Positions 39,644 to 50,038 are shown, numbered from the stretch's first letter. The stretch is 64,000 nucleotides of DNA from an uncultured Acidobacteriota bacterium (GCA_963770895.1 CAVYRF010000002.1:5056001-5120000), one strand, 5' to 3'. Numbers and translations: made by a program. Notes: generated by a model from the sequence alone, not told the origin.

Positions 39644-40801
39644 CTACGGAGAGGACGCAGCGGCCGCGGGCGTATTGGGCGCTGCTGGGGGCGCACCTGG
39701 CGCGCCGCCGGGCGGGCCGACAAAAATGTTCTTTGGCAGGCGGACGTGGACGCCGAAGTTGGGCAAGTCGACGAGCTGCGTCACGGCGACGTTGCCGGCG
39801 ATGCTGACCAGCTGATAGGCCTGGTGCCTGGTCAGCTTGCGGGTCGCGGCGACGAAGTCGATCATCTGCTGGATGGCGGCCTTGGTCGCGACCATGAGGT
39901 CCGGGTCGGTGGCCATGGTAATGAAGTCGGTCGGGGTCTCGGCAGCGGGCCAGGTGAGCTTCATGTCCTTGCGGACGGTGAGCTGGATGCGCCCGCGCAG
40001 CGAGGTTTCGATCGCGGTCTGGTCGACCTCGCCGTCGCCTTGCGCGGCATGCCCGTCGCCCACCTCGAACAGGGCGCCGGGCGCGAACACCGGGATCCAC
40101 AGCGTCGCGCCGACGCCCAGCTCCTTGTTGTCGAGATTTCCCGCATGCCGTCCGGGCGGCGTGCTGTTGACGCGTCCCAGCGCCGGCGCCGGTGCCACCC
40201 CCATGCTGCCGAAAAATGGGTGCAGCGGGATCTCGATGCCGGGCGCGAACGTCGCAGTCATGGCGCGCGCGTCGATGGGGATGATGCGCGAGACGGCGCC
40301 GGCGTCGCAGTTGTCGGGCAGGATGCCCCTGCACCCGTTGTAGCCGTAGTCGATGGCAAAATCGAGCGCCAGGATCTTGACTTCGAGCACGTCGCCCGGC
40401 TGCGCGCCTTCGACGTACACCGGGCCGGTGAGGATGTGCCCACCCGGACCGCGGCGGTCGCCGGTGACGCCGGCGACGATCGCCTTGAGCGACGCCTGAA
40501 TCTTTGCCTCAGGCACGCCGGCGCGGGCCAGGCCGGCGGGAGTGTTGGTCAGCAGCGTGTCGACGTCGATGATGTCGCCCGACGCGATGCGCAGCGCCGG
40601 TGTCGCCTCGGACCAATAGTAGCCGTAGGCGACGGTCGCCGGCGTCGCTTCCAGGCGGTGCGTCCGCGCTGGCGGCGCCGACTTGCCGGCCGCGCCGGTA
40701 GCTCCGCCAGCGGTTGGCGCGGCTGCTGGGGCTGCCGCCGCGGACGCGGCAAGCGTGGCGATCAAAACGACGGACGCGGTGGCGACGGCGCAGGTTCGCA
40801 T
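39644..40801 (-). CDS. Acetamidase/formamidase-family protein with signal peptide
   Basis: HILTGPVYVEGA.PGD, GNLDNK and GDGHAAQGDGEV. Confidence 0.92.
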   Translation of the reverse strand: MRTCAVATASVVLIATLAASAAAAPAAAPTAGGATGAAGKSAPPARTHRLEATPATVAYGYYWSEATPALRIASGDIIDVDTLLTNTPAGLARAGVPEAKIQASLKAIVAGVTGDRRGPGGHILTGPVYVEGAQPGDVLEVKILALDFAIDYGYNGCRGILPDNCDAGAVSRIIPIDARAMTATFAPGIEIPLHPFFGSMGVAPAPALGRVNSTPPGRHAGNLDNKELGVGATLWIPVFAPGALFEVGDGHAAQGDGEVDQTAIETSLRGRIQLTVRKDMKLTWPAAETPTDFITMATDPDLMVATKAAIQQMIDFVAATRKLTRHQAYQLVSIAGNVAVTQLVDLPNFGVHVRLPKNIFVGPPGGAPGAPPAAPNTPAAAASSP

Positions 40802-40991
40802 GATGTCGCACACGCTACCATACGCCTTGGGAACCCCTGAACCGTCAGGGTACCCTCAACCGTACCTACGAGGACGGGGTGCGCTCCGCGCCGGTGCTCG
40901 GTGGCGGTAGAATGCGGCCACGGGCACGTCGACGACGCGTCGCGGAAGGTCTTGCCTGCCCCTTTGACCCCTGCCAAGGAGAGCTTGTCTG

Positions 40992-43037
40992 ATGTCTGAT
41001 GCTGCTGCTTCCAGTCCCGGACGCGACTTTATCCGCGACATGATCGACCGCGACCGGGCTGCCGGTGTGCATGGCGGCAGGGTGGTGACCCGGTTTCCGC
41101 CGGAGCCCAACGGATATCTTCATATCGGTCATGCCAAGGCGATCTGCCTCAATTTCGGCTTGGCGGTGGAGTATGGGGGCAGGTGCAATCTGCGGCTTGA
41201 CGACACCAACCCTGCAACGGAAGAACGGGAGTACGTCGAGAGCATCCAGCAGGGTGTGCACTGGCTGGGCTTCGACTGGGGCAGGAACTTTTTTCACGCT
41301 TCGGACTACTTCGAGCAGCTGTACGACTTTGGCGTGCAGCTGATCCGCCTGGGCAAGGCCTACGTGTGCAGCCTGAGCGAAGAAGAGATCCGCGCCTACC
41401 GGGGCACGGTGACGGAAGCGGGACGCAACAGCCCGGACCGCGATCGCAGCGTGGCGGAAAACCTGGACCTGTTCGCGCGCATGCGGGCCGGGGAGTTCGC
41501 CGACGGTGCCTGCGTGCTGCGCGGCAAGATCGACATGGCGGCGGCCAACATGAAGATGCGGGACCCGGTGCTGTACCGCATCAAGCACGCCTCCCACTAC
41601 CACCGCGGCGATGCGTGGTGCATCTACCCGATGTACGACTTTGCCCATCCGCTGTCGGACGCGATCGAAGGCGTCACCCACTCGCTGTGCACGCTGGAGT
41701 TCGAGAACAATCGGGACGTCTACGATTGGCTGGTCGATGCGCTGGGTTTCCCCGACCCGCCGCGGCAGACGGAGTTCGCCCGCTTGAACCTCACCTATAC
41801 GGTGATGAGCAAGCGCAAGCTGTTGGAGCTGGTGCAGCGCAAGCTGGTGAACGGCTGGGACGACCCGCGCCTGCCGACCCTGGCCGGGCTGCGCCGTCGC
41901 GGCTTCACCGCCGCGGCGCTGCGCGATTTCTGCGAGCGGATCGGCGTCGCCAAGGCCAACAGCACGGTGGACGTGACGCTGCTGGAGCACTGCCAGCGCG
42001 AGGCCCTCAATCCCCAGGCTCCCCGCGTGCTGTGCGTGCTGCGGCCGCTCAAGCTGGTGATCGATAACTATCCCGACGATCAGAGCGAGCAGATCGAAGC
42101 TCCTTTCTATCCGCACGACGTGCCCAAGGAGGGCAGCCGCTCCGTGCCGTTTTCGCGCGTCTTGTATATCGAGCAGGACGACTTTGCGGAGGTGCCGCCG
42201 AAGGGTTTCCATCGCCTTTCGCCCGGCCGCGAGGTGCGCCTGCGCTACGCCTACCTGATCCGCTGCGTCGACGTCGTCAAGGACCCGGCGAGCGGCCAGG
42301 TCGTCGAGGTCCACTGCACCTACGACCCTGCCACCCGCGGCGGCTCGGCTCCGGACGGCCGCAAGGTGCCGGGCACTTTGCATTGGGTTTCCGCCGCCCA
42401 TGGGGTGCCGGTGGAAGTGCGGATCTTCGATCGCCTTTTCCGCGTCGAGCGGCCCGACCTGGAGGAGAACTTCGAAGACTGCCTGAACCCGCGATCGCTC
42501 GAAACGCTCAGCGATTGCCGCATCGAGCCCGCGGCGGCGGACCCGGCGCTGGGAGAATGGTTGCAGTTCGAGCGCCAGGGGTATTTCTTTCGCGATCCTG
42601 TCGATGCGCGCGCCGACCACCTGGTGTTCAACCGCGTCGTGCCGCTGCGCGACTCGTGGGCGCAGGAAGCGCAGAAGCAGGCGTCTGGCGCCCCCGCCGT
42701 GCAGGGCGCGCACCGGGAGCCCGTGCCGCCGAAGGCGTCGATGGCGGCGACGGCGGCCATGGCGGCGAAGCCGGCGAAGGTGCAGGAAGCCAAGGTCGCC
42801 GAGCCGCTGGGGGCGGAGGACCTGGCGCTGCTCGCCGAGGCGCGCCCGACGCTGCTGCCGATCGTGCACGACGTGCTTGCCGCGCATCCCGCCGAAGTGG
42901 ACCGCTACCGCAAGGGCAAGACAGGGATCCTCGGGTTCCTGGTCGCCCAGGTGATGAAGCGGGCAGGGGAGAGCGGCGGCAGGGCCAACCCCAAACTGGT
43001 CAACGCGATCCTCACCGAGGAGCTGGGCGCCTCGTAA
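40992..43037 (+). CDS. glnS: Glutamine--tRNA ligase with C-terminal YqeY/GatB-like domain
   Basis: [28 protein letters not shown]; tail GFLVAQVMK...ANPKLVN. Confidence 0.96.
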   Translation: MSDAAASSPGRDFIRDMIDRDRAAGVHGGRVVTRFPPEPNGYLHIGHAKAICLNFGLAVEYGGRCNLRLDDTNPATEEREYVESIQQGVHWLGFDWGRNFFHASDYFEQLYDFGVQLIRLGKAYVCSLSEEEIRAYRGTVTEAGRNSPDRDRSVAENLDLFARMRAGEFADGACVLRGKIDMAAANMKMRDPVLYRIKHASHYHRGDAWCIYPMYDFAHPLSDAIEGVTHSLCTLEFENNRDVYDWLVDALGFPDPPRQTEFARLNLTYTVMSKRKLLELVQRKLVNGWDDPRLPTLAGLRRRGFTAAALRDFCERIGVAKANSTVDVTLLEHCQREALNPQAPRVLCVLRPLKLVIDNYPDDQSEQIEAPFYPHDVPKEGSRSVPFSRVLYIEQDDFAEVPPKGFHRLSPGREVRLRYAYLIRCVDVVKDPASGQVVEVHCTYDPATRGGSAPDGRKVPGTLHWVSAAHGVPVEVRIFDRLFRVERPDLEENFEDCLNPRSLETLSDCRIEPAAADPALGEWLQFERQGYFFRDPVDARADHLVFNRVVPLRDSWAQEAQKQASGAPAVQGAHREPVPPKASMAATAAMAAKPAKVQEAKVAEPLGAEDLALLAEARPTLLPIVHDVLAAHPAEVDRYRKGKTGILGFLVAQVMKRAGESGGRANPKLVNAILTEELGAS

Positions 43038-43113
43038 ACCTCCGCGGCCTGCGACGCTTTCGGCCTGCCTGCCGCCGCTGCCGTTGAGACGGCGGCGCGA
43101 AGGGCCGCGGTCG

Positions 43114-43500
43114 CTATTTGTTGATGTCGATCTTCCAGCGCCTTTCTTCTTTGATCAATTGATCGGTCTCGCGCTCGCTGGTGCCGTTGCCCAGCGCCAG
43201 CACCGCTACCAGCTTGCACTTGTCGCCATTCACATTGACATCAGTGAAAGTGATCGAGGCAATCCCGCCGCTTTTCTCGATCTTCGTCTGCAGCTCGGTG
43301 AGGGCAGCCTTGAGCTTGTCTTTGCCAAGAGTCAGCACGCGCGCGGCGAGCAGGCCCTCGGCTTCCTCGAAGTTCCCTGCAGCCGCCGAGCGATAGAAGC
43401 GTTCGACGGTTGATTGGGGAGTATCGAACAAGGCGCAGCTCTGGCAGAGCAGCACGATTGCTAAGGCGGCAACGCTCTTTAGATAGTTCATGGCAGTCAT
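43114..43500 (-). CDS. DUF4878 / NTF2-like lipoprotein
   Basis: Lipobox-like QSC; P.STVERFY...LIKEERRWKI; ATGA overlap with the upstream gene. Confidence 0.78.
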   Translation of the reverse strand: MTAMNYLKSVAALAIVLLCQSCALFDTPQSTVERFYRSAAAGNFEEAEGLLAARVLTLGKDKLKAALTELQTKIEKSGGIASITFTDVNVNGDKCKLVAVLALGNGTSERETDQLIKEERRWKIDINK

Positions 43501-44267
43501 TCCTGTTCCTGAAAGAAGGCGACCAATCGGAGGTGTGGGCTCTGGCTCAGCCGGCTGGGCAGGAGGACCGGACCACTGAGGCCGGGCAGGGGCAGGCGGT
43601 CGAAATGGCCGTCGACCAGGTCGACGCCAGCGGTCTTGAATGCTCGCCAGGCCAGCTCGGTGCAGTACAGCCGAGAATCGGAAGTCAGATCGAAGGCGCT
43701 GTCAAACGGCACCTGCCGCATTGCATAGGCGAGAGCCGCGGCGCTTGCCCGCGCGGGCGCATCGCCACTGCCGCGCAGGCGATACAGACCCGCCGCGCGC
43801 GCCACCAGCGGCGCCAGGAAGGCCGAAAGGGGCTCGACACGAGCCCCACCGCCCAAGCCCGCGTCGTCGTCTTCGGGAGGTAGCGTATGGATCACATAGG
43901 GCGTGCCGTCTGACCGCCATATGATGCCAACGTGCGAATAGTTGCCGCCGTCCTCGGATGCCAGGACCAGGCTGCTCACCAGGTCCCGGCCGCGGCGAAA
44001 GACAAGATCCCCGGTCGCAAAGGCATTCGGGTCGTACTGCACTCCCTGCCGGCCTGACCGGCCAGGGCGATCCTTACGGCTGGAGCCGGACGCCAGCAGG
44101 AGCGTCGCGGCCGCCGCCAAAGTCGCCAGCACGGCCAGGATCAGGATTTCCGTGGTGGCCGGCCTGTGCAACCTGCCTGCCCAAGCAGGCACGCCAGGGT
44201 GGCTGGCGCGGCGCTGCGGATGAGGACAGGGAGCAGCAGCAGCCTGTGGCAACTCAGGCCGGGTCAT
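43497..44267 (-). CDS. YiiX/YebB-like permuted papain (NlpC/P60) amidase, membrane-anchored
   Basis: GDLVFR, YSHVGI, FDSAFD, LYCTEL; TM ILILAVLATLAAAATLLL; start uncertain. Confidence 0.85.
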   Translation of the reverse strand: MTRPELPQAAAAPCPHPQRRASHPGVPAWAGRLHRPATTEILILAVLATLAAAATLLLASGSSRKDRPGRSGRQGVQYDPNAFATGDLVFRRGRDLVSSLVLASEDGGNYSHVGIIWRSDGTPYVIHTLPPEDDDAGLGGGARVEPLSAFLAPLVARAAGLYRLRGSGDAPARASAAALAYAMRQVPFDSAFDLTSDSRLYCTELAWRAFKTAGVDLVDGHFDRLPLPGLSGPVLLPSRLSQSPHLRLVAFFQEQE

Positions 44268-45078
44268 TGGACACCAGAACGCATTGACGGGGGTCGCAGC
44301 GGTGGGCGAAGAGTCGCGGGACGCGGGCATCAGCCAGCCCAACGGCAGTGAGCTGTTGGCAGGCCAGCTCGAAGGCCGTTTGTACGCTGCGGCCGTAGCC
44401 AAGGGCGTTGTAGTAGCCGCGCGCGAAGAGGATCGCCGCAAGGTCGCCGATGGCTCCCGACATGCCAATCGAACAGTCGACGTGCTTGGCGATGGCCTCG
44501 GCCAGCCTTGCTGAGTGACAGGCGTTGAGCACAACGGAGCGGATGCCGTGGCCAGCTGACGCGAACAGGCCGGCGAGTGCGGCCATCAGCGGCGCCTCGC
44601 CTTCCGCGTTCTCATCGCTGCCGGTCTTGGCGGCGGTCGCTGCGACATCCCGGCGCCCCATGGCGGGCCTGCCCGCAGCGATCACCAGCGGATCGCTTTC
44701 CAGTGCCAGGCTGGCCGCGCCGCCGTGACCACTGACGTGTACTGCCATCGGCTCGAAGCGCAGCAGGCTCTCGGCCATGTCGGCGGCGGTCACCGCCCAG
44801 CGCTGATCCAGCTCAAACCTGCCGCTGTGGCCGCTGGTGCGGAGCGCGTCGTCCACGGCGCGTGCTTCCTGGTCGATCCTCAGCCGCGAGGTGCCCGACG
44901 GATTGGCGGCCATGAACAGAATGCGGATCGGACGCTGTCCTTGCGCGTCGAGCAGCGTCGGTGCGCGGGGAGCCGACGGGAGGGGTGACTCCATATGCGA
45001 GGCGTGCTGGCTGATGTCGCCAACACGCAACCGTTTACCGGAGATCTGGATGCTCTGGTGGTTCTCGTCCCTGTTCAT
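44254..45078 (-). CDS. Stand-alone CHAT (caspase-like) protease with a short N-terminal extension
   Basis: RILFMAANP...LRIDQE, VHVSGHG, VLNACHSA and FARGYY motifs. Confidence 0.88.
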   Translation of the reverse strand: MNRDENHQSIQISGKRLRVGDISQHASHMESPLPSAPRAPTLLDAQGQRPIRILFMAANPSGTSRLRIDQEARAVDDALRTSGHSGRFELDQRWAVTAADMAESLLRFEPMAVHVSGHGGAASLALESDPLVIAAGRPAMGRRDVAATAAKTGSDENAEGEAPLMAALAGLFASAGHGIRSVVLNACHSARLAEAIAKHVDCSIGMSGAIGDLAAILFARGYYNALGYGRSVQTAFELACQQLTAVGLADARVPRLFAHRCDPRQCVLVSNDPA

Positions 45079-45953
45079 GGGCGTGCACCACTGGAAACGA
45101 CAGCCGACTGCCCGATCGGACCGAAGACATTGCGCGAACCTTTGATATTCATGTTCTGGGTGTTGTTGTTGGTGATGCAGAAATTAAATACTTGCCGCAA
45201 CGTTTCCGAGAGCATGCCATCTTCGGCGAGCAGTTTCTCTAGCTCGGTCAGCACCAGGTTCCTGGTGGCGGTGTGGATGCCCTGCAGGTCGATGACATCA
45301 AAGTCGTTCTCCGCGTAGTGACTGATTGCGGCGCAGAGACTGTAGCGGTTGAGCATCCAGGGAATGAGCCAGGCCCATATTGTGAAAGGGCTGAGCAGGG
45401 CGAACTTAACCACGTCCCAATCGCTGAAGCGGCCGCGAATGTAAGCGACATATTGGGCGGCGACAGTGCTCCCGAAGGGCGCAAAATGCAAGAAAAAAGT
45501 CAGCCTGCTGTCGTAGGGCGAGCGGATCAGGATACGCAGGAACTCTCTGGCCTGTTGCGTTTTCTGCTCTGTGATCGAAAGCGGCGCCAGAACCTGAGCG
45601 TGGTCGTCCGGCAGCTTGACCAGTAGACGCGAGGCGAGCCGCTGCCGCAGATCGGCAGCAAAGCTCCGCGTCTGCTCGCGGCTCCAGTCTGGCTTGATCG
45701 GAATGGGAACGGAGATGTCTTCAATCGCACTGCCATAGCGATAGAAAAGACCCTCGCCCCAGAAGTGATCATCCCCCTTGGTCTCGCGCTCTTTGTCGAG
45801 CTGCACCAGGTACACCGACAAACCCATCACGCTGGCGAGAACGATGAAACCCAGCCATTTTTCCGCGGAGAGGACTGCGAGGTAACACATCGATACCAGA
45901 AGCCACTTCAGGGGTTGTCCGATCCACCGGAGTTTTAGCAGCAGGTAGTCCAT
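45075..45953 (-). CDS. Hypothetical membrane protein with N/Q/G-rich C-terminal tail
   Basis: AAAGGAGG RBS; two N-terminal hydrophobic segments plus one internal; tail NNNTQNMNIKGSRNVFGPIGQ. Confidence 0.8.
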   Translation of the reverse strand: MDYLLLKLRWIGQPLKWLLVSMCYLAVLSAEKWLGFIVLASVMGLSVYLVQLDKERETKGDDHFWGEGLFYRYGSAIEDISVPIPIKPDWSREQTRSFAADLRQRLASRLLVKLPDDHAQVLAPLSITEQKTQQAREFLRILIRSPYDSRLTFFLHFAPFGSTVAAQYVAYIRGRFSDWDVVKFALLSPFTIWAWLIPWMLNRYSLCAAISHYAENDFDVIDLQGIHTATRNLVLTELEKLLAEDGMLSETLRQVFNFCITNNNTQNMNIKGSRNVFGPIGQSAVVSSGARP

Positions 45954-46171
45954 GGTTTTCCTCCTTTGGCGAGAGATCCTCGCCGCCGCGGTAAGGTCAT
46001 CGCGAGACGACCAGCGCATCCGGCGTCTCCATGGGAAGACACCGGCTGGCGCGGTGAGGGTGAGTTGCCAGAGAAGGCGGCGGCCTGCCGCTCCTCGCGG
46101 TGAGGAGCGCGGCTGCGCGCACATGGCGGCTTGCGACTTGCATAGGACGTGCGCGGCCCCGCGGCCGGACT

Positions 46172-48892
46172 ATGCCCGAACCGATTGTCGCCACGTATCG
46201 TGTGCAGCTGCGCGCCGAGTTTGGGTTTGCGGCGGCGGCGACGGTGGTGCCGTACCTGGCGGCGCTCGGCGTGAGCCATCTGTACTGCTCGCCGTACCTG
46301 CAGGCGGCGGCCGGCAGCGCCCATGGCTACGACGTGGTCGATCCGACGCAGGTGAACCAGGAGCTGGGGGGCGAGGAGGGGCGGCAGCGCCTGGTGGCGG
46401 CGCTGGCGGCCGGCGGCCTGGGGCAGCTGCTCGACATCGTGCCCAACCACATGGCGATTGCCGATCGCGGCAACCGGTGGTGGTGGGACGTGCTGGAAAA
46501 TGGCCGGGCCAGCCGCTATGCCGGGTATTTCGACGTGGATTGGGATTCGCCGGAGGCGCGGCTGCGCGACACGGTGCTGCTGCCGATCCTGGGGGATCAC
46601 TACGGCCGGGTCCTGGAGGCCGGCGAGCTGCGCCTGGTGTGGCGCGGTGCGGCCTTCGAGGTGCACTACCACGAGCACCGCATGCCCGTCGCCCCGCGCT
46701 CCCTCGACGGGCTGCTCGCCGCGGCGGCGGCGCACTGCGGCTCGGCGGACCTGGCGTTTATCGCCGACGCCTATGGCCGCCTGCCGGAGGCCACGGCGAC
46801 CGATCGGGTGAGCGTGGCGCGCCGTCACCGCGACAAGGAGGTTCTGGGGGGGCAGCTCGGGCGGCTCGCGGCGGAGCGGGCCGAGGTGGCGGCGGCGATC
46901 GAGGCGGAGGTGGCGGCGACCAACGCCGACCCCGACCGGCTGGACGCGCTGCTGCAGAACCAGAACTACCGCCCGGCCTGCTGGCGCATGGCGGGTCGCG
47001 AGCTCGACTACCGGCGGTTTTTTGACGTGCCGACCCTGGTCGGCCTGCATGCCGAAGACGAGCGGGTGTTCGCCGATACCCACGCGCTGCCGCTGGCCTG
47101 GCTGGCGCGCGGCGAGCTGGACGGTCTGCGGGTGGACCACCCGGACGGCCTGTACGATCCGGGGCAGTACTTCGATCGGCTGCGCCGCGCCGCGCCGGCG
47201 GCCTGGATCCTTGCCGAGAAGATCCTGCAGCCGGGCGAAACCTTGCCCGAGGATTGGCCGATCGACGGCACCACCGGCTACGACTTCCTGAACCTTGCCG
47301 GCGGGCTGCTGGTCGATCCGGCGGGGGAGGAGCCGCTGCTGGCGCTCTGCGCCCAGGTGACCGGCGGTGACGAGAGCTGGCCGGCCCTGGCCGTCGCCAG
47401 CAAGCTCCAGGCCATGGACCAGCTGCTGGCCGCGGACGTCAACCGCCTGGCCGAGCTGTTCGTGGCGGTGTGCGAGCGCCACCGGCGTCACCGCGACCAC
47501 ACCCGCCACGATCTGCGCGAGACCATCCGCGAGGTGGCGGCGTGCATGGCGGTCTACCGGACCTACGTGCGGGCGGCGACGGGAGAGATCCGCGAGGCCG
47601 ACCAGCGGACGATCGCGGCGGCGGTGGAGGCCGCGCGGCGGCGGCGCCCCGACCTGCCGGCCGACCTGCTGGATTTCTTCCGCGGCGTCCTGGCGCTCGA
47701 GCCGCGCGGCAAGGCGGAGGGCGAGCTGGCGATGCGGTTCCAGCAGCTGAGCGCGCCGGTCATGGCCAAGGGGGTCGAGGACACAGCCTTCTACAACTTC
47801 CACCGTTTGAGCTCGCTGTGCGAGGTGGGCGGCGATCCGAGCCGCTTCGGCGTCTCGCCGGAGGAGTTCCACCGCGCCTGCGCCGCCACTCAGGCGCGCT
47901 GGCCGCGCACCTTGCTGGCCAGCTCGACCCACGACACCAAACGCGGCGAGGACGTGCGCGCGCGCCTGGCGCTGCTGTCCGAGATACCCGACCGCTGGCG
48001 GGCCGCCGTCAGCCGCTGGTTCGCCCTGGGCTCCCGCCACCGCCGGCCGGGGCCGGTGCCCGACGCCGGCACCGAGTACCTGTTCTACCAGACGCTGGTC
48101 GGAGCGTGGCCGCTGACGGTCGGGCGCGCTACGGCGTTCATGGAAAAGGCGATCCGCGAGGCAAAGGCCCACACTTCCTGGACGCAGCCGCAGGCGGCCT
48201 ACGAGGAGGGGGTGCGCGCCTTCGTGGCCGGCGCTCTTGCCGACGCCGAGCTGGGCGCCGAAGTCGCGGCCTTCGTCGGGCCGCTGCAGGTGCCGGGATG
48301 GGTCAACGGCCTTGCCCAGACGCTGCTCAAGCTGACGGCGCCGGGCATCCCCGACTTCTACCAGGGGAGCGAGCTGTGGAACCTCTCCCTGGTGGATCCG
48401 GACAACCGCCGGGAGATCGACTACGACGCGCGCCGGCGCCTCCTGGCCGAGCTCGAGCAGCTGGACGGCGGCGAGGGCGCGGGCGGCCCCGCCGGCCCCG
48501 CCGCTCAGCCTGGCGAGCGGGCCGGCGCCATCGACACCGCGGCGATGCTGGCGCGCCTGCCGGAGGGGCTGCCCAAGCTCTGGCTGATCCGCCAGGGTCT
48601 GGGCCTGCGCCGCAGCCGGCCCGCCGCCTTCGGCTCCCAGGGCGCCTACCGCCCGATCGTGGCGCGCGGGTCTCGCGCCCAGCACGCCGTCGCCCTGGAA
48701 CGCGGCGGCGAGGTGGTGGCCGTCGCCCCTCGCCTGGTGTTGGGGCTGGGCGACGACTGGGCGGACACCACCCTGTCGCTTGCCGCGGGCGGCTGGCACA
48801 ACGTGCTCACCGGCGAACAGCTGGCGGGCGGCGACCGTCCGCTCGCCGAGCTGCTGGCCCGCTTTCCGGTCGCCCTGCTGGCCCGCCAGTGA
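46172..48892 (+). CDS. treY: Malto-oligosyltrehalose synthase
   Basis: ATYRVQL, HGYDVVD, DIVPNHM, GLRVDHPDGL, AKGVEDTAFY and STHDTKRGED. Confidence 0.96.
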   Translation: MPEPIVATYRVQLRAEFGFAAAATVVPYLAALGVSHLYCSPYLQAAAGSAHGYDVVDPTQVNQELGGEEGRQRLVAALAAGGLGQLLDIVPNHMAIADRGNRWWWDVLENGRASRYAGYFDVDWDSPEARLRDTVLLPILGDHYGRVLEAGELRLVWRGAAFEVHYHEHRMPVAPRSLDGLLAAAAAHCGSADLAFIADAYGRLPEATATDRVSVARRHRDKEVLGGQLGRLAAERAEVAAAIEAEVAATNADPDRLDALLQNQNYRPACWRMAGRELDYRRFFDVPTLVGLHAEDERVFADTHALPLAWLARGELDGLRVDHPDGLYDPGQYFDRLRRAAPAAWILAEKILQPGETLPEDWPIDGTTGYDFLNLAGGLLVDPAGEEPLLALCAQVTGGDESWPALAVASKLQAMDQLLAADVNRLAELFVAVCERHRRHRDHTRHDLRETIREVAACMAVYRTYVRAATGEIREADQRTIAAAVEAARRRRPDLPADLLDFFRGVLALEPRGKAEGELAMRFQQLSAPVMAKGVEDTAFYNFHRLSSLCEVGGDPSRFGVSPEEFHRACAATQARWPRTLLASSTHDTKRGEDVRARLALLSEIPDRWRAAVSRWFALGSRHRRPGPVPDAGTEYLFYQTLVGAWPLTVGRATAFMEKAIREAKAHTSWTQPQAAYEEGVRAFVAGALADAELGAEVAAFVGPLQVPGWVNGLAQTLLKLTAPGIPDFYQGSELWNLSLVDPDNRREIDYDARRRLLAELEQLDGGEGAGGPAGPAAQPGERAGAIDTAAMLARLPEGLPKLWLIRQGLGLRRSRPAAFGSQGAYRPIVARGSRAQHAVALERGGEVVAVAPRLVLGLGDDWADTTLSLAAGGWHNVLTGEQLAGGDRPLAELLARFPVALLARQ

Positions 48893-48932
48893 CCTAGTGT
48901 CCTCGCGGCCAGGTGGTGGCCGGAGCCGCCGG

Positions 48933-49313
48933 TCAGGGCATGGCGGCGAAGGCGGCGACGGCGACGGCGACAAAGACCGGCCACGCCAGGTGGCGGCCGC
49001 GCGAAGCCGCGAGGATCACCAGGCCGGTGACCAGGCAGCCGGCGGCGAGGGTGCCCAGGACCAGGCGCACCGCCGGTGAGGCCGGCGCCGGCGCCAGCAC
49101 GACGAAGAGGGCGGCGAACGTCCACCACGCGATCGAGGTCAGGTGCCAGGCGAAGCGCAGGGCCTGGCGCGCGAAGGCGCTGGTGCTCAGCATGCCGCGG
49201 CGCGTGGCGGGGGCGAGCAGGGGACCCAGCAGAATGCGTTCGCCCAACCAGGAATGGGCGATGCCCAAGGCGGCGGTCAGCGCGGCGGCGGTCAGCAGGA
49301 GAGTTGAGTGCAT
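48933..49313 (-). CDS. Small four-TM membrane protein (likely TetR target)
   Basis: GGAGG RBS; HSWLGE...WHLTS...HLAW with four hydrophobic segments. Confidence 0.8.
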   Translation of the reverse strand: MHSTLLLTAAALTAALGIAHSWLGERILLGPLLAPATRRGMLSTSAFARQALRFAWHLTSIAWWTFAALFVVLAPAPASPAVRLVLGTLAAGCLVTGLVILAASRGRHLAWPVFVAVAVAAFAAMP

Positions 49314-49332
49314 GGCGTTTCCTCCGTAGCGT

Positions 49333-49487
49333 CCATACGGTTGCGTATGGAAGAGCGCACCTTGAGCCTAGTCCTGCCGCTCCGCCGTGTCAATACGCTG
49401 GCGTATGGTGTGCGCCAGGGCGGGCCTGCCCTGGCCGTTGCCGGGACCTGGCGCCAGCTTGCTCTTGCCTGTACGCTGGCGTATGGT
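49333..49487. promoter_or_regulatory. Three palindromic operators (CCATACG-N4-CGTATGG) over divergent promoters
   Basis: Perfect copy 49333-49350; variants 49391-49408 and 49469-49486; minus TTGACA-17-TAGGCT; plus TTGCTC-17-TATGGT. Confidence 0.85.
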
Positions 49488-49495
49488 TGGGTGGG

Positions 49496-50038
49496 ATGAC
49501 CGAGCGGCTGGGACACGGCGACTGGGTGGTGGAAGGCCTTCGCCTGCTGGTCGAGCGCGGCGTCGAGGCGGTGCGCGTCGAGCCGCTGGCGAAGCGGTTG
49601 GGCATCACCAAGGGCAGCTTCTACTGGCATTTCGGCGACCGCGCGGCACTGCTCGCGGCGATGCTCGCGGAGTGGGAGCGGCGCGCCACCCTGGCCATCA
49701 TCGCCGAGGTGGATGCGTCCGGCGGCGGCGCGGCCGAGCGCCTGTTGATGCTGGTTCGCCTGGCGCTGGCCGCGGACGGCCGGCTCGACCGCCGGGTGCG
49801 CGCCTGGGCGACCAACGATCCCGCCGCCGCCGATGTGCTGCGGCGGGTCGACCGGCGCCGCGTCGGCTACCTGCGGCGCCTCTTCGTCCAGCTCGGCTTC
49901 GCCAGCCCGCAGGCCGGGGTGCGCGCCCAGCTCACCTACAGCGCCCTGGTCGGCGGTTTCGAGCTGGGCTTCCGCCTTGCCGGCCGCAACCGCGACCGCG
50001 CCGCGGACCTGTACCGCCACGTCCTGACCTGCCGCTGA
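49496..50038 (+). CDS. TetR/AcrR-family regulator
   Basis: GVEAVRVEPLAKRLGITKGSFYWHF helix-turn-helix. Confidence 0.95.
   Translation: MTERLGHGDWVVEGLRLLVERGVEAVRVEPLAKRLGITKGSFYWHFGDRAALLAAMLAEWERRATLAIIAEVDASGGGAAERLLMLVRLALAADGRLDRRVRAWATNDPAAADVLRRVDRRRVGYLRRLFVQLGFASPQAGVRAQLTYSALVGGFELGFRLAGRNRDRAADLYRHVLTCR

Noticed and set aside
45935-48973. Long antisense or alternate-frame ORFs (also 1200-3431, 14237-16207, 40866-42887, 59277-63788)
   Set aside because: Shadows of real genes in high-GC DNA; Arg/Gly/Ala-rich with no recognisable motifs
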